A DNA stretch of 64,000 nt from Gammaproteobacteria bacterium Ga0077536 (GTDB lineage Bacteria; Pseudomonadota; Gammaproteobacteria; Ga0077536). The notes under the pieces were generated by a model. It did no database searches. It saw only the letters and a program-made list of their open reading frames with translations, and was not told the DNA's origin. Location: assembly GCA_001464935.1 (NCBI GenBank), contig LNEL01000046.1, forward strand, positions 3,590 through 67,589. Reading direction: 5' to 3'. The position numbers and the translations under genes were made by a program. Positions 46,926-57,377 of the stretch are shown in pieces; position 1 is the stretch's first letter; each line of letters opens with the position of its first letter.

Positions 46926-48071
46926 ATGCGCGTAGGCGCCACCGTCTTCAATCAGAACTACACCGACTGGGACCGTTACGAAGCCGAAGAGCGCGGCGAG
47001 AAAGTCGCGCCGCGGCCGGCCAAGTCGGATCGCGAGGTCTTCAACGAAGAAATCAACATCGCGCGCGTCGCCGACGAGACCGGCTTCGACTCGCTGTGGA
47101 CCATCGAACATCACTTCACGCCGTACACGATGGTCACCAACCCGCTGCAGTACCTGACCTACATCGCCGGCATCACGAAGCGCGTGGACCTCGGCACGAT
47201 GGTCACCGTGCTGCCGTGGCACAACCCGGTGCGCGTCGCCGAAGACGTGAACATGCTCGACGCCTTCCTCGGCCCGGACCGCGAGATCATCTGCGGCGTC
47301 GGCCGCGGCCTCGGCCGGCGCGAATACGATGGGCTGGGGATCGACCAGGGCTCGGCGCGCGAGCGCTTCGATGAATCCCTGCAGGTGCTGCGGCAGCTGC
47401 TCGCGACCGGTGAGTGCCACTACGAAGGGAAGCACTACCAGATCAGGAATCTGCGCCTGCGGCCGCAACCGGACCGCGATCTCAGCGGCAACCTCTGGTG
47501 CGCAGGTGGCACGGACGAGACGGTCGAGATCATCGCGAAGCACAACGTCCGTCCGCTCGTGATCCCGACGACCAGCCTCGGTCTGTCGCTCGAGACCGCG
47601 CGCAAATACGCGCGCCTGCATCTCGCCGCGGGCTATGCGCCGGCGAAGACCAAGCTCGCGCTGTGGACCTATGTCGCCCACAGCGAAGCGGAGGCACGCC
47701 GAGGTGCCGAGCAGTACATGGTGGAGTACGCCGACTCTGCGCTGCGCCACTACGAGCTGCGCGGCAGCCACCTCGGCGACATCAAGGGCTATGAATCCTA
47801 CGGCGCGATGCAGAAGGCACTGAAGGCCGACCCGACGCCGTTCCTGCGCGGCTTTTATGATTCCCATCCGTGGGGCACGCCGGACATGGTGATCAAACGC
47901 GCGACCGAACTGGCCGAAGCCTTTGGCACCGATGAAATCATGTTCATCTTCAAGTACGGCAGCATGCCGATCGACGTCGCGGAGAAGAGCATGCGGCTGT
48001 TCGCGCAGGACGTGCTGCCGGCCTTGCAGGCGCTGAACCCGCGGCCGATCGAGGTGCGCGCGGCGGCGTGA
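46926..48071 (+). CDS. LLM-class flavin-dependent oxidoreductase
   Basis: GFDSLWTIEHHFTPY, VLPWHNPVRVAE, GVGRG, WGTPD, KSMRLFA.DVLP. Confidence 0.9.
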   Translation: MRVGATVFNQNYTDWDRYEAEERGEKVAPRPAKSDREVFNEEINIARVADETGFDSLWTIEHHFTPYTMVTNPLQYLTYIAGITKRVDLGTMVTVLPWHNPVRVAEDVNMLDAFLGPDREIICGVGRGLGRREYDGLGIDQGSARERFDESLQVLRQLLATGECHYEGKHYQIRNLRLRPQPDRDLSGNLWCAGGTDETVEIIAKHNVRPLVIPTTSLGLSLETARKYARLHLAAGYAPAKTKLALWTYVAHSEAEARRGAEQYMVEYADSALRHYELRGSHLGDIKGYESYGAMQKALKADPTPFLRGFYDSHPWGTPDMVIKRATELAEAFGTDEIMFIFKYGSMPIDVAEKSMRLFAQDVLPALQALNPRPIEVRAAA

Positions 48072-48370
48072 CGAGGGTTTGCTTCGTCCGAGAGGGGCGT
48101 TCCACGCTCCCCTCGGGCGGCTGCGTGCTTCCAGGTGCTCACTGGCAGTCGGGCCTGGCGACTGCGTCCGCCTGATCGTGCGATCGAACGTCAACGGCGG
48201 ATAATCTGCATATGCGGGCTCGCAGCAGGCCTACGCGCCGCTGCCTGCCAGGGTCACGAGGAAGCGGGTGACGACCCGGCGATTCACCGGCGACCACGTC
48301 AAATGATTGAAGCGCGACGTCGCCGCTGTCGCTGCGCAGTCGATGAATTCATTCCGCACGCCGACCCCCG

Positions 48371-49423
48371 CTACGCGGCACTGTCATCGAGCACCCCACT
48401 CGCGCCTGCGCCCTGCCTGCGTGCCACGCCATCGGGCGCGATTCCCTGCCAGCCGCCACCGCCCTCCACGGCCAGCACGTGCTCGCGGTGCGCCTGCACC
48501 AGCGCCAGTGCCACGCGCGTCAGCACGGCCGTTTCACCGACGTGGGCGCCGACGATCAGCGGCAGCCCCTGCGCAACGGCGGCGCGGGCAAGCGCCAGCG
48601 TCCGCAGCAGGCCACCCATCTTCGACACGTGCAGATTCACGATGAAGCGCGCACCGCCCGGCAGGGACGCGAGATCCCCGAGGCGGGAGACGGTTTCGTC
48701 GAGGACTATCGCGCAGCCCAGTGCACGCCCGATCTCGGCCATTTCGTGCACGGCCCCGGCGGCCACCGGTTCTTCGACCGCCGCAAAGCGATAGCCGAGC
48801 ATGCGCAGGTAGAACACCGCTTCGCGCGCGCTCGACCACAACGCCGTCGCATCCGCCCGCACACGGCTGGGCGCAATCCCCGCCGCACGCAGCGCCCGCA
48901 CCTTGGTGCGGTCACGATCAAGTGCGCCACAGAGCTTTATCTTGTAGTCGTCGACTCCCGCGGCGACGCACCGCTTCAGTTGCCACGCGAAACTCGCCTC
49001 GCGTACGTCCGCCACCACCGCGGTGTAACGGGATTGTCCACTGAGGGGGCGCAGATTCAGCATCGTCTCGAGCGACACGCCACGTCGCTGCGCAAACAAA
49101 TCGAGCAGCGCGAGCTCAACCGCGCACCAGGCGGCAGGATGCGCATCGATGTCCGCCGCGTGCAGGTCGACCCATTTGCGCAAACTCTCGATGTCGCTGA
49201 TCTGGTCGCACCAGGCGTCACCGTGCTGACGCACGAAGGCGATCGCAGCGTCCAGGCAGCGGCCGGTCGCGCAGACCCGGGGACTGGCTTCGCCATAACC
49301 GGCATGGCCTTCCGCATCCGATGCCTCGACCCACAGCGGCTGTGTGACCAGACGTGCTGCGGGCCCGTCGCGTTCGCTGAAGGGGATCACGAGTGCCGAG
49401 GCGCCCAGGCTCAAGGAATGCAT
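48371..49423 (-). CDS. Enolase-superfamily (MLE/dipeptide epimerase-like) protein, possibly degenerate
   Basis: GYGEASPR, AAWCAVELALLD, YKIKL, RADA, EEP, VLDE, SKMGG, GAHVGET; C-terminus looks short. Confidence 0.7.
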   Translation of the reverse strand: MHSLSLGASALVIPFSERDGPAARLVTQPLWVEASDAEGHAGYGEASPRVCATGRCLDAAIAFVRQHGDAWCDQISDIESLRKWVDLHAADIDAHPAAWCAVELALLDLFAQRRGVSLETMLNLRPLSGQSRYTAVVADVREASFAWQLKRCVAAGVDDYKIKLCGALDRDRTKVRALRAAGIAPSRVRADATALWSSAREAVFYLRMLGYRFAAVEEPVAAGAVHEMAEIGRALGCAIVLDETVSRLGDLASLPGGARFIVNLHVSKMGGLLRTLALARAAVAQGLPLIVGAHVGETAVLTRVALALVQAHREHVLAVEGGGGWQGIAPDGVARRQGAGASGVLDDSAA

Positions 49424-49641
49424 GGCGCGACCACCGGGCCAGGGAGGACGGACGCACAGCGCGCGTCTGATCGGGTGTCGATGCGGCGTTGCCGGACGGA
49501 ACGGATGGCGGGCATTGGCGTGCTCCTGAGCAGGGGGATGCCAGGAGATGCTAGCGATCCGGCGAAGAAGTTGAACTTTCATAGACAAAGTAAGACCCTG
49601 CTTCCCCTGGAGTCTAGTTTTAGTGAACCGAAGGAGGCCTC

Positions 49642-50394
49642 ATGCCCAAGGCCGTGGAACTCGTGGACGCCCTGAAGCGTGAAATGCGTGCGCGCAAAAT
49701 CACCTACGCCCACCTGGCGACCAAGCTCAAACTGAGCGAGGGGGCGGTGAAGCGGATGTTCGCGCTGAACCGGATGACGCTGGACCGGGTAGACGAGATC
49801 TGCGACATCCTAAAGGTCGACCTCGCCGAACTCGTCGACAACTACCAGCGCGAGGAGCAGCGCGTCGACCAGCTGACCGAAGCCCAGGAACGCCAGCTCA
49901 TCCTCGACCCCAAGCGCCTGCTGGTCGCGGCCTGCGTGCTGAACCGGTGGTCGATGGAAGAGATCCTCGACACCTACGATCTCGGCCGCATCGAGTGCAT
50001 CCGACATCTCGCCGCACTCGACAAGATCCGCTTCATCGAACTGCTGCCGAACAACCGTTACCGCATCAAGGTCTCCGACAGTTTCCGCTGGCGCGCAGGT
50101 GGCCCGATCGAGCAGTTCTTCGAACGCCTGATCGCGAATGAATTCCTGACCTCGAACTTCCGCGTCGAGGGCCGCACGCGACTGTTCCTGCATGGGTTCC
50201 TGAGCGAACGCGCGCGCGAGGAACTGCTCGTCGCGATTGAACGCATTACCGTCACCTTTCGCGAACTGTTGCGCCGCGATCGGAACGTCCCCGCCGCGGC
50301 GCGCCAGCACGTGGGGTTTCTGATCGCGTTCAGGCCATGGAATTTTTCGCTTTACGATACGGTGCGTAAGGGCAAAGGCAGTGAGCCGGGCTGA
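49642..50394 (+). CDS. XRE-family HTH transcriptional regulator
   Basis: LKREMRARKITY..LA..LKLSE..VKRMF; LTEAQE; F.W...GPI..FF; AAGGAGG RBS. Confidence 0.85.
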   Translation: MPKAVELVDALKREMRARKITYAHLATKLKLSEGAVKRMFALNRMTLDRVDEICDILKVDLAELVDNYQREEQRVDQLTEAQERQLILDPKRLLVAACVLNRWSMEEILDTYDLGRIECIRHLAALDKIRFIELLPNNRYRIKVSDSFRWRAGGPIEQFFERLIANEFLTSNFRVEGRTRLFLHGFLSERAREELLVAIERITVTFRELLRRDRNVPAAARQHVGFLIAFRPWNFSLYDTVRKGKGSEPG

Positions 50395-50885
50395 ATCCGG
50401 TTTGCTGGAACGGTTGCCACGAGGCAGCGAGGTCAAACAGCGCGCGCACATGCTCATGTCATGAGTTCCGCAGTCCCATATCGGGGACACCCGGCACCTG
50501 GACGTCTCACCGGGTGTCGGCGGCAGGAAATCAGACGCTGCGAGGGGGCCGTGGTCACCCAGCGTTGCTGTGGGTTCGGCCTGGCCGGACACGTTCGTAC
50601 AAGCCGGCACCCGCTACTGGTGTCGATTCGATGGTGCCGGACCGGCGCAAGACCTCGCCATGTTGAATGCTTCGATGAACACGCGGCCGAGCACTTCGCG
50701 TTACTGCTGCAGATTTTCAGCGCCGTGACTCATCCAGGTGTGGAGGCGGCGAAGATCAATCTACGTTGATTTTGCGCTCGATGAGCGTGGGTCGGGGAAT
50801 CCCCACTTGGCCGCGGACCGGGCTTGCTGCATCATCGGCCCGACTGCGTTGATACCCCGTGACCACTTCATCGAGATGAACCCAG

Positions 50886-51575
50886 ATGCGCCTCGTCCTG
50901 ATCGCCCTGTTCCTGTCGTGTATCGACTTCGCCATGGCCGCCGACCCTGCGGCGCCGACCCAGCTGGCGCGCGTCTATCGCTTCAACATGGAATGGGGAT
51001 GTTACGAAGGCGGCTCGCTGCAGGGCCGGGACCGGGCGAACCTCGAGGCGACCTGCGGGTGTTTCGTCGCGGAGCTCGATCGCACCCTGTCGGTGGACGA
51101 GTGGACGCGCGCGGCACAGGCTTCCGTCAAGCAGGATGAAAAAGGCGAGTCGGAAATCATGGGGCCGCACTTCAAGCAGGCGAGCGAGACCTGTCAGCAG
51201 AACGCCGGGACGCCGGCCGCGACCGCGAAACTGCCTGAACTCACGGGGACGTGGCGCTGGGCACGTCGCGGGAGCCAGTGCGAAGAGGCCTTCGAATACC
51301 GCGCGGACGGCACGGCCCGCGTGGTGAGCGGGAAGGAAGTCACGAAGAGCACCTACAAAGTCGAAGACACGACCGAGACCCGGGCCCGCTACAAGCTGTC
51401 GATGTCGATCACCGACGACAACAACGAAGTCGACTGTGCGGGCTCCGTCGAGGACGCAACCGGGGCGTCGATTGAAAGCTACATCTTCGTCAGCGACACC
51501 GCGGGCGCCATGGTCGCCTGCCGCGGGCCCACGGGCCAGGATTGCATCGGACCGCTGTTCCGAATGTCCGAGTGA
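50886..51575 (+). CDS. Exported hypothetical protein (Cys-containing, two domains)
   Basis: Signal peptide; C..CxC helical domain then LTGTWRW..C.E..EY..DG beta domain. Confidence 0.7.
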   Translation: MRLVLIALFLSCIDFAMAADPAAPTQLARVYRFNMEWGCYEGGSLQGRDRANLEATCGCFVAELDRTLSVDEWTRAAQASVKQDEKGESEIMGPHFKQASETCQQNAGTPAATAKLPELTGTWRWARRGSQCEEAFEYRADGTARVVSGKEVTKSTYKVEDTTETRARYKLSMSITDDNNEVDCAGSVEDATGASIESYIFVSDTAGAMVACRGPTGQDCIGPLFRMSE

Positions 51576-51627
51576 GCGTCGGAGCGCCCTCGCACAGCGA
51601 CAGCATGGCGTGATGCCCGTGCACTGC

Positions 51628-51766
51628 CGTAGGTTGGGCTGACGCAGGAAACCCAACGCGAGCCACTTGCTGGCACAGACGAGCGTGCCGCGTAGCGTGT
51701 CGATTGCGCAGGTGACGGGCCGCTTGCCTGTCGAGTGTTGGGCTTCCTGCGTCAGCCCAACCTACG
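51628..51766. repeat. REP family B doublet (REPIN)
   Basis: CGTAGGTTGGGCTGACGCAGGAAACCCAAC ... GTTGGGCTTCCTGCGTCAGCCCAACCTACG; near-perfect inverted pair. Confidence 0.85.
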
Positions 51767-51799
51767 GTTCATCGACGCGGCACGGTCGGCACTCGCGCC

Positions 51800-52021
51800 T
51801 CACTTCTCGATGATCCACTGGATCACGTACTTCGCAATGAAACCCACCATGCCGAACGACAGCCCGAGGAACAGCACGAAAGTGCCGAACTTGCCGGCTT
51901 TCGATTCCCAGGCCAGATGGCCGATGATGAACAGCATGTAGAGGATGAACGCGCCGAGGCCGAAGGTCAGGCCGAAGCCTGCGATCTCCTCTTCCGTGAA
52001 GCCGAGGATGGTGCCGGGCAT
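51800..52021 (-). CDS. DUF2788 small membrane protein
   Basis: YMLFIIGHLAWESKAGKFGTFVLFLGL. Confidence 0.85.
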   Translation of the reverse strand: MPGTILGFTEEEIAGFGLTFGLGAFILYMLFIIGHLAWESKAGKFGTFVLFLGLSFGMVGFIAKYVIQWIIEK

Positions 52022-52818
52022 CACTGCGCTCTGCGTTCGCGCGGCGGCAGGTCTGAGGCATCGACGAGGTCGCGATACGCATGCCAGCTCGCGTGGCCGA
52101 GCAAGGGCACGATGACGATGAGGCCGAGCAGCAGCGGCGCGAGGCCGAGCACCGTCAGGCCCATGATGAGCGCTGCCCACACGGCAAGCGGCACCGGGTT
52201 CGCGAGCACGGCGCGCCAGCTCGTCAGCACCGCGTCGAGCACGCCGATGCGGCGGTCGAGCAGCAGCGGCAGGGTGATCACGCTCGACGCGAACACCGGG
52301 GCGGCGAGCACGCCGCCGAGCGCGAGCCAGGCTTCGAACAGGAAGCCTTCACGCGCGAGCACCACGTGCCGGAGGAAATCGAGCGGGCTGCTGACGGGGG
52401 CCGGGGCGAACAGCGTGATCAGCGACGCAGACGTCATCACCCAGCCCGTGCCCGCGAGTGCGAGCAAAAGCCCAAAGCGCACCAGGCGCCAGTCGTGATG
52501 CGGCCGGCCGCGCCAGCTGAGCCAGGTGCGCAGTACAAGGCCGAAGCCGACCGGCTCACCGCGTTCGAGCGCGCGGCTCACTGCGTACAGGCCGACCGCG
52601 AGCACCGGCGCGACGAGCAGAAAACCGGAGAACGCGCCGGCGAGCAGCCAGAAGCGGTTGCCGGCGAGCATCAACAGCGCGGCCCCGAACGCAGCGAGCA
52701 CCACGCCGTGCGCGGCGCCGATCGACGCGCTGCGCGTGAAGTCACGCCACGCGGCGCGCAGCCAGTGCAGGGAGTGCAGTGCGTCGAGTTCGCGCAGGGC
52801 GGGCGAAGGCGTTTCCAT
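52021..52818 (-). CDS. DUF2189 membrane protein
   Basis: WLRAAWRDF, GFLLVAPVLAVGLYAVSR.LE.G, P.LLDR, PLLGHASWHAYRDLV. Confidence 0.88.
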   Translation of the reverse strand: METPSPALRELDALHSLHWLRAAWRDFTRSASIGAAHGVVLAAFGAALLMLAGNRFWLLAGAFSGFLLVAPVLAVGLYAVSRALERGEPVGFGLVLRTWLSWRGRPHHDWRLVRFGLLLALAGTGWVMTSASLITLFAPAPVSSPLDFLRHVVLAREGFLFEAWLALGGVLAAPVFASSVITLPLLLDRRIGVLDAVLTSWRAVLANPVPLAVWAALIMGLTVLGLAPLLLGLIVIVPLLGHASWHAYRDLVDASDLPPRERRAQ

Positions 52819-53058
52819 GGGGCGAGTCTAGGCGTGACGGGCAGGCATGAACAGGGAAGCATGACGGGCGATTGCGTCGCGTCAGTTGCGCGCAACAGGT
52901 GGCCCCTGTCCGGCTGACAGGCAGATTGAAAATGTTCTGCCAGCGCAGTGTGCAGCGTTGCGCCACTGCCGGAAGCGCGGGTTCAGCTGCCGCTACCTGT
53001 GCGCCATGTATTCCGCGTCTGCGCCGGCTGATGCCTGCCTGCTAACGGGTGCAGCGCT

Positions 53059-53715
53059 TCATACCCGTTTGCGCCGACGCGTGGCGAGCGCCACCAGCCC
53101 AACGCTCATCAAGGCCACTGCCGGCGGCAGCGGCACGGCGGCAATATTGTCGACGCCGAGCGTGGCAGTGATGAACTCGCCGGGGAAGGCCGCGGTCGTG
53201 GCGTGAAAGAGGCGCAACTCCTGCACGTCTGCCAGGACGCTGCCGTGGTCGCTGGCGCTGAGACCCAGCGCAGCCGCGGACAGGCTGAAATACACCTGCG
53301 TCCAGCCCGAGTTCGCCGGCAGATTGGCCGCGAGCGTCGAGAGCCCGCTGCCACCGGGACTCGACAGCCGCAGCCGCAGCGCGAGATCGGTGTTGCCGAA
53401 GTTGCCGAGGTCGAGCGTGATGCCGGTGATGCCGGCGCTGCGGTAGTCGCCCGCCCATTGGTCGGTGTTGAAGACGACGAGGCGACCGCCTGCCCCGGCC
53501 GTGCCGAAGGACTGCAGCAACATGAATGCGTCGCCCACGCCGTCGGGGCCGCCGTCCTGTTGTATTGCAGGTGCAAGCGGCGACGCCGGGCCGGCCTGCC
53601 AGCCGGCAATCGCCGTGTCGAAAGTATCAGTCTGGCCCAGCGTCAGGGCCTGTGCCGGCAGGGCCAGCGTGACGAGCAACAGGGCGACGAGCAGCGAACG
53701 ATAGGCTGTGATCAT
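53059..53715 (-). CDS. Exported protein with VPLPA/PEP-CTERM tail
   Basis: Signal peptide; GGP.G.GD.F, QWAGDY; ends DNIAAVPLPPAVALMSVGLVALATRRRKRV. Confidence 0.85.
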   Translation of the reverse strand: MITAYRSLLVALLLVTLALPAQALTLGQTDTFDTAIAGWQAGPASPLAPAIQQDGGPDGVGDAFMLLQSFGTAGAGGRLVVFNTDQWAGDYRSAGITGITLDLGNFGNTDLALRLRLSSPGGSGLSTLAANLPANSGWTQVYFSLSAAALGLSASDHGSVLADVQELRLFHATTAAFPGEFITATLGVDNIAAVPLPPAVALMSVGLVALATRRRKRV

Positions 53716-53829
53716 GGGTTCCCCCGGCCTGGCTTCGACGGTGATGCCTCGCTACTGTCGCACGAACCGGGTACCGGAACCACGCGTCGTGCGTAAGCAC
53801 CATGACCGCCTGACTGACCCAAGCCTGCC

Positions 53830-55362
53830 TCAACGCACTTGCTGCTCGAGCAGCTGGCGCTGAATCTTGCCGGACGTGCTGCGCGGGAAGTCGTCGGGCG
53901 AGGTGACGAAGCGGATTTCCTTCGGCTGCTTGTAGCGCGCAAGCCGCTCGCGGCACACCGCGAACAGCGCGTCGGCCGACGGCGCCGGGGCGTGACAGGC
54001 GACGAGTGCCACGGGCACTTCGCCCCATTTGGCATCGGGCTTGCGCACGACCACCGCTTCGATCACGCGCGGATCGCTCATCAGCGCGCGTTCGATCTCC
54101 GCCGGGTAGACGTTCTCGGCGCCGGTCTTGATCAGGTACTTCGCGCGATCGACGTAGTCGTAACGCCCGTCGTCGCGCTCGACGAACACGTCACCCATGT
54201 GAAACCAGCCGCCGCGGAACTCGCGCGCGTTGGTGTCCGCGGCCTGCCAGTAGCCGCTGAACAGCGTCGGGCCGCGCACGGCGACCTCGCCGGGCTGACC
54301 GGGAGCGACGACGCGGTCTTCGTCGTCGACGAGTTTGAACAGGTGGTTGGAGTTCGCAGCCTTCGCGAGGCTCAGCGGCCGCTCGCCGATCGCGAAGCGC
54401 GTGCCGGCAAACGGCAGCATGCCGGTTTCGGTGGAGCCGAAGGTGTTCCAGTACGGCGCCCGGAACACGCGCGAGGTCTCGGCGACGAGATCGGCGCTGA
54501 CGAGATCCGCGAGCGCGCCGACGATCTTCAGCGGCGCCGGTGGCTGGCCGCGGCGGGCCATGGTCTCGACGACGCGATCGATCATCCCCGGCAGCAGCAC
54601 GAGCCACCATTGCGGCACGGCCATCGCGAGATCGACGATGCGATCGATGTCGGCGCCATCGACGATGTGCACGGTGCCGCCGAGCGCGAGCACGTGCAGC
54701 GCATGCTCGAGCGCGACCATGTGGAACAGCGGCGCCCAGGCCACGAAGTGATCGCCCGGCGCAAGCATCGAATCGATGCGGCCGAGCATCAGTCGCGCGA
54801 TCTCCGCGCGATGACTCAGCAGCGCCGCCTTCGACATGCCCGTCGTGCCGCTGGTGTAGAGAATGATGTAGCCGTCCTCGGGCCCCACGGCGACCAGCGG
54901 CGCTGGTGGAGATCCGGCCAGCAGCACTTCATATTCTTCGCCGAAACCGACCACGCGCAGCGCGGGCAGCGCCAGCGTGTCGACGAGTGTTCGATAGCGT
55001 GCGGACGCGAACAGCAGCACCGGTGAGGTCAACGCGATGCAGTGCGCGATTTCGGGCGCGGCGAAGCGCCAGTTCAGCGCGGCGAACACGGCGCCGCAGC
55101 GCGCGGCGGCCACTGCGAGTTCGAGATACTCGATGCGGTTCTCGGCCAGCACGGCGATGCGATCGCCGGGCCGCACACCGAGGGCGATCAGCGCATGCGC
55201 CACCGCCGTCGCGCGGCGGTCGAATTCGGCATGGCTCAGGCTGTGCGTGCCGTCGTCGACCGCGCACTGCGCGCCGTGACGGCGCGCGGCGGCAGCGATC
55301 CACTGTCCGATGTCGGCGAAGCCGGCAGCGGCGGTGAGGGGCGAGAGATCGGCCTGGATCAT
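53830..55362 (-). CDS. AMP-dependent acyl-CoA synthetase
   Basis: YTSGTTG..K, FGSTETG, WFHMGD, DRAKYLIKTGAENVYPAEIE, PRSTSGKI. Confidence 0.92.
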   Translation of the reverse strand: MIQADLSPLTAAAGFADIGQWIAAAARRHGAQCAVDDGTHSLSHAEFDRRATAVAHALIALGVRPGDRIAVLAENRIEYLELAVAAARCGAVFAALNWRFAAPEIAHCIALTSPVLLFASARYRTLVDTLALPALRVVGFGEEYEVLLAGSPPAPLVAVGPEDGYIILYTSGTTGMSKAALLSHRAEIARLMLGRIDSMLAPGDHFVAWAPLFHMVALEHALHVLALGGTVHIVDGADIDRIVDLAMAVPQWWLVLLPGMIDRVVETMARRGQPPAPLKIVGALADLVSADLVAETSRVFRAPYWNTFGSTETGMLPFAGTRFAIGERPLSLAKAANSNHLFKLVDDEDRVVAPGQPGEVAVRGPTLFSGYWQAADTNAREFRGGWFHMGDVFVERDDGRYDYVDRAKYLIKTGAENVYPAEIERALMSDPRVIEAVVVRKPDAKWGEVPVALVACHAPAPSADALFAVCRERLARYKQPKEIRFVTSPDDFPRSTSGKIQRQLLEQQVR

Positions 55363-55371
55363 GACGGATGC

Positions 55372-56601
55372 TCAGTCGATGAACGCTGCGAGATCACCGC
55401 GGACGCGCAGCGCGGGCGCGAGGTGTTGCGCGCCGATGCGGCGGTCGACCTCGGCGTGCCAGTGGTAGAGGCGCCGCTCCTGGTAACTGAGCGGCACGCC
55501 GGTGAAGCCCGGCGATTCGATGCTTTCCTGCAGCGGCTCGGCGAACTGGATGTCCTCGTCGACGATGCGATCGAAGTTCGCGATGCGCCGCTCCCACAGC
55601 GGATTGCGCGGGCCGCCGCCCCAATCGGGCGCGAACCACAGCACTTCGAGCACGGAGGTGCGCACGGTCTTCGGCCACAGCGTGACGCACGGTATGCCGC
55701 TCGGTGACACCGGCAGGATCAGGTTCGGGAACAGGCCGTAGCTCGGATTGTGGTGGCGTTCGATCGCCGTCACACGGGGCATCTCGGGCATGCCGATCGT
55801 GCCGGGATCTACCCAGTCGTCGCGGCGGTTCGGCGACAGCATCATCGAATGCCCGTGGCGCCACAGGTGCACGCTGGTGCCCTGGTTGTCGAAGATCCGA
55901 TCGGAGGTCTTCGGGTGCAGCAGCTTGAAGTGATAGGCCTCGAGGAAGTTGTCGACGAGCACTTTGACGTTGCAGCGCACTTCGATCTCGCGGCGATTGA
56001 CGAGCCGGAGATCGCCGAACGGCAGGTGGCGCAGGTAGCGCGTGACGGGCTCGAGAAAATCCGCGAGCGCTTCGGCGTTGCGATCCTCGTTGACGAAGAT
56101 GAAGTTCGCGTAGGCCTCGCAGCGCACGCCGACGAGGCCGCGGCAGCTTGCATCGAAATCGCGCCAGTCGCGCCGCTCGGTGACGCCGCGGAGCTGGCCC
56201 TGGCGATCGTAGGACCAGCCGTGATAACCGCAGACGAGCGTCGGGCCGGCGCGGCCCGCGATGTCGCGCACGACGGGCGCACCGCGGTGGCGGCAGGTGT
56301 TGTAGAACGCGCGGACTGTGCCATCGTCGCCGCGCATGACGACGATCGGCGCGCTGCCGTGACGCCAGACGAAATAGCTGCCCGGCTCGGGCAGCTGATC
56401 GATGTGTCCCGCGTAGAGCCAGCTGCGCTGCCACAGCAGCCTGCGTTCGAGCGCGAAGCACTCTGCATCCGTGTAGCGCGCGGCCGGGATGTCGGGCAGC
56501 GCCGGAAAATCCGGCGGCGGCGCGGTGCGCGCGCGTTCGGCCGCGACGCGGGCGATCCAGTCGGCAATCGTGGCTTCGTCAAGCCCGGCCGCACCCGTCA
56601 C
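55372..56601 (-). CDS. Rieske non-heme iron oxygenase alpha subunit
   Basis: NTCRHRG..CGYHGW Rieske motif; NFLEAYH...LH and ED mononuclear-iron ligands; GTG coupled to the PhyH stop. Confidence 0.9.
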   Translation of the reverse strand: MTGAAGLDEATIADWIARVAAERARTAPPPDFPALPDIPAARYTDAECFALERRLLWQRSWLYAGHIDQLPEPGSYFVWRHGSAPIVVMRGDDGTVRAFYNTCRHRGAPVVRDIAGRAGPTLVCGYHGWSYDRQGQLRGVTERRDWRDFDASCRGLVGVRCEAYANFIFVNEDRNAEALADFLEPVTRYLRHLPFGDLRLVNRREIEVRCNVKVLVDNFLEAYHFKLLHPKTSDRIFDNQGTSVHLWRHGHSMMLSPNRRDDWVDPGTIGMPEMPRVTAIERHHNPSYGLFPNLILPVSPSGIPCVTLWPKTVRTSVLEVLWFAPDWGGGPRNPLWERRIANFDRIVDEDIQFAEPLQESIESPGFTGVPLSYQERRLYHWHAEVDRRIGAQHLAPALRVRGDLAAFID

Positions 56602-57377
56602 GCACCGGCCCCTAGCAGGGCCGCGCGCGGCGCGGCGCGCAACGGCGTGAAATCCTGCGACGCGAAATGCGTCGGCCGGGTGGGTGTGCGGATCGCATTG
56701 GTGACGGGGTTGTAGCTCAGATAGATGAGATTGCGCGGCTGCGGTGACAGGTTCTGGCCCGACGCATGCGCCATGCAGCAGTCGAAGATCGTGACCGAGC
56801 CGGCCGGGCCTTTCGGCGCATACAGACCGCCCTCGGCGGCGAGCCGTGTGACGGTGGCGTCGGGCAGGCTCGGAATCGGCGTCGTGCCGGGCACCGGGAT
56901 CACTTCGTATTCGAGCAGGCCCTGCGTGTGCGAACCGGGGATGTAGACAATCGGCCCGTTGAACTCGGTGACTTCGTCGAGATAGATGCCGATGCTGATC
57001 GCCAGCGGCTCGGGCATGCCGTCGTGATGACGCCAGGGACCGAAGTCCTGGTGCCACGGCAGACTCAGTGTGCCGAACGGCTGTTTGAGGATGATCTTGT
57101 ACTGGTGGCAGTACAGCGACGGCCCGATCAGCTGTTCGGCCATGGCGAGCAGTCGCTCGTCACGCAGCAGGCGCGCGTACAGCGGGCTCACGCGATCCAT
57201 CGCGGTGGTGCCGAGAAACTCGCCGCTCGCCGCGCGCAGATGACTGTCGAGCGGCAGCGCCAGGATGCGCGCCTGCTCGGCTTTCAGCGCCGCGATTTCG
57301 TCGTCTTCGAACAGGCTGGAAAAGTGGATGAGGCCGTCGCGACGATAGCGTGCGATCTGTTCCGCCGATAGTGACAT
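56598..57377 (-). CDS. Phytanoyl-CoA dioxygenase family Fe(II)/2OG enzyme
   Basis: WHQDF, LDEVTEFNGP..IPGSH, HASGQNLS..R. Confidence 0.9.
   Translation of the reverse strand: MSLSAEQIARYRRDGLIHFSSLFEDDEIAALKAEQARILALPLDSHLRAASGEFLGTTAMDRVSPLYARLLRDERLLAMAEQLIGPSLYCHQYKIILKQPFGTLSLPWHQDFGPWRHHDGMPEPLAISIGIYLDEVTEFNGPIVYIPGSHTQGLLEYEVIPVPGTTPIPSLPDATVTRLAAEGGLYAPKGPAGSVTIFDCCMAHASGQNLSPQPRNLIYLSYNPVTNAIRTPTRPTHFASQDFTPLRAAPRAALLGAGA

Noticed and set aside
50395-50885. Possible gene remnant or ncRNA in the 490-bp gap
   Set aside because: Only short motif-less ORFs and no supportable structure.
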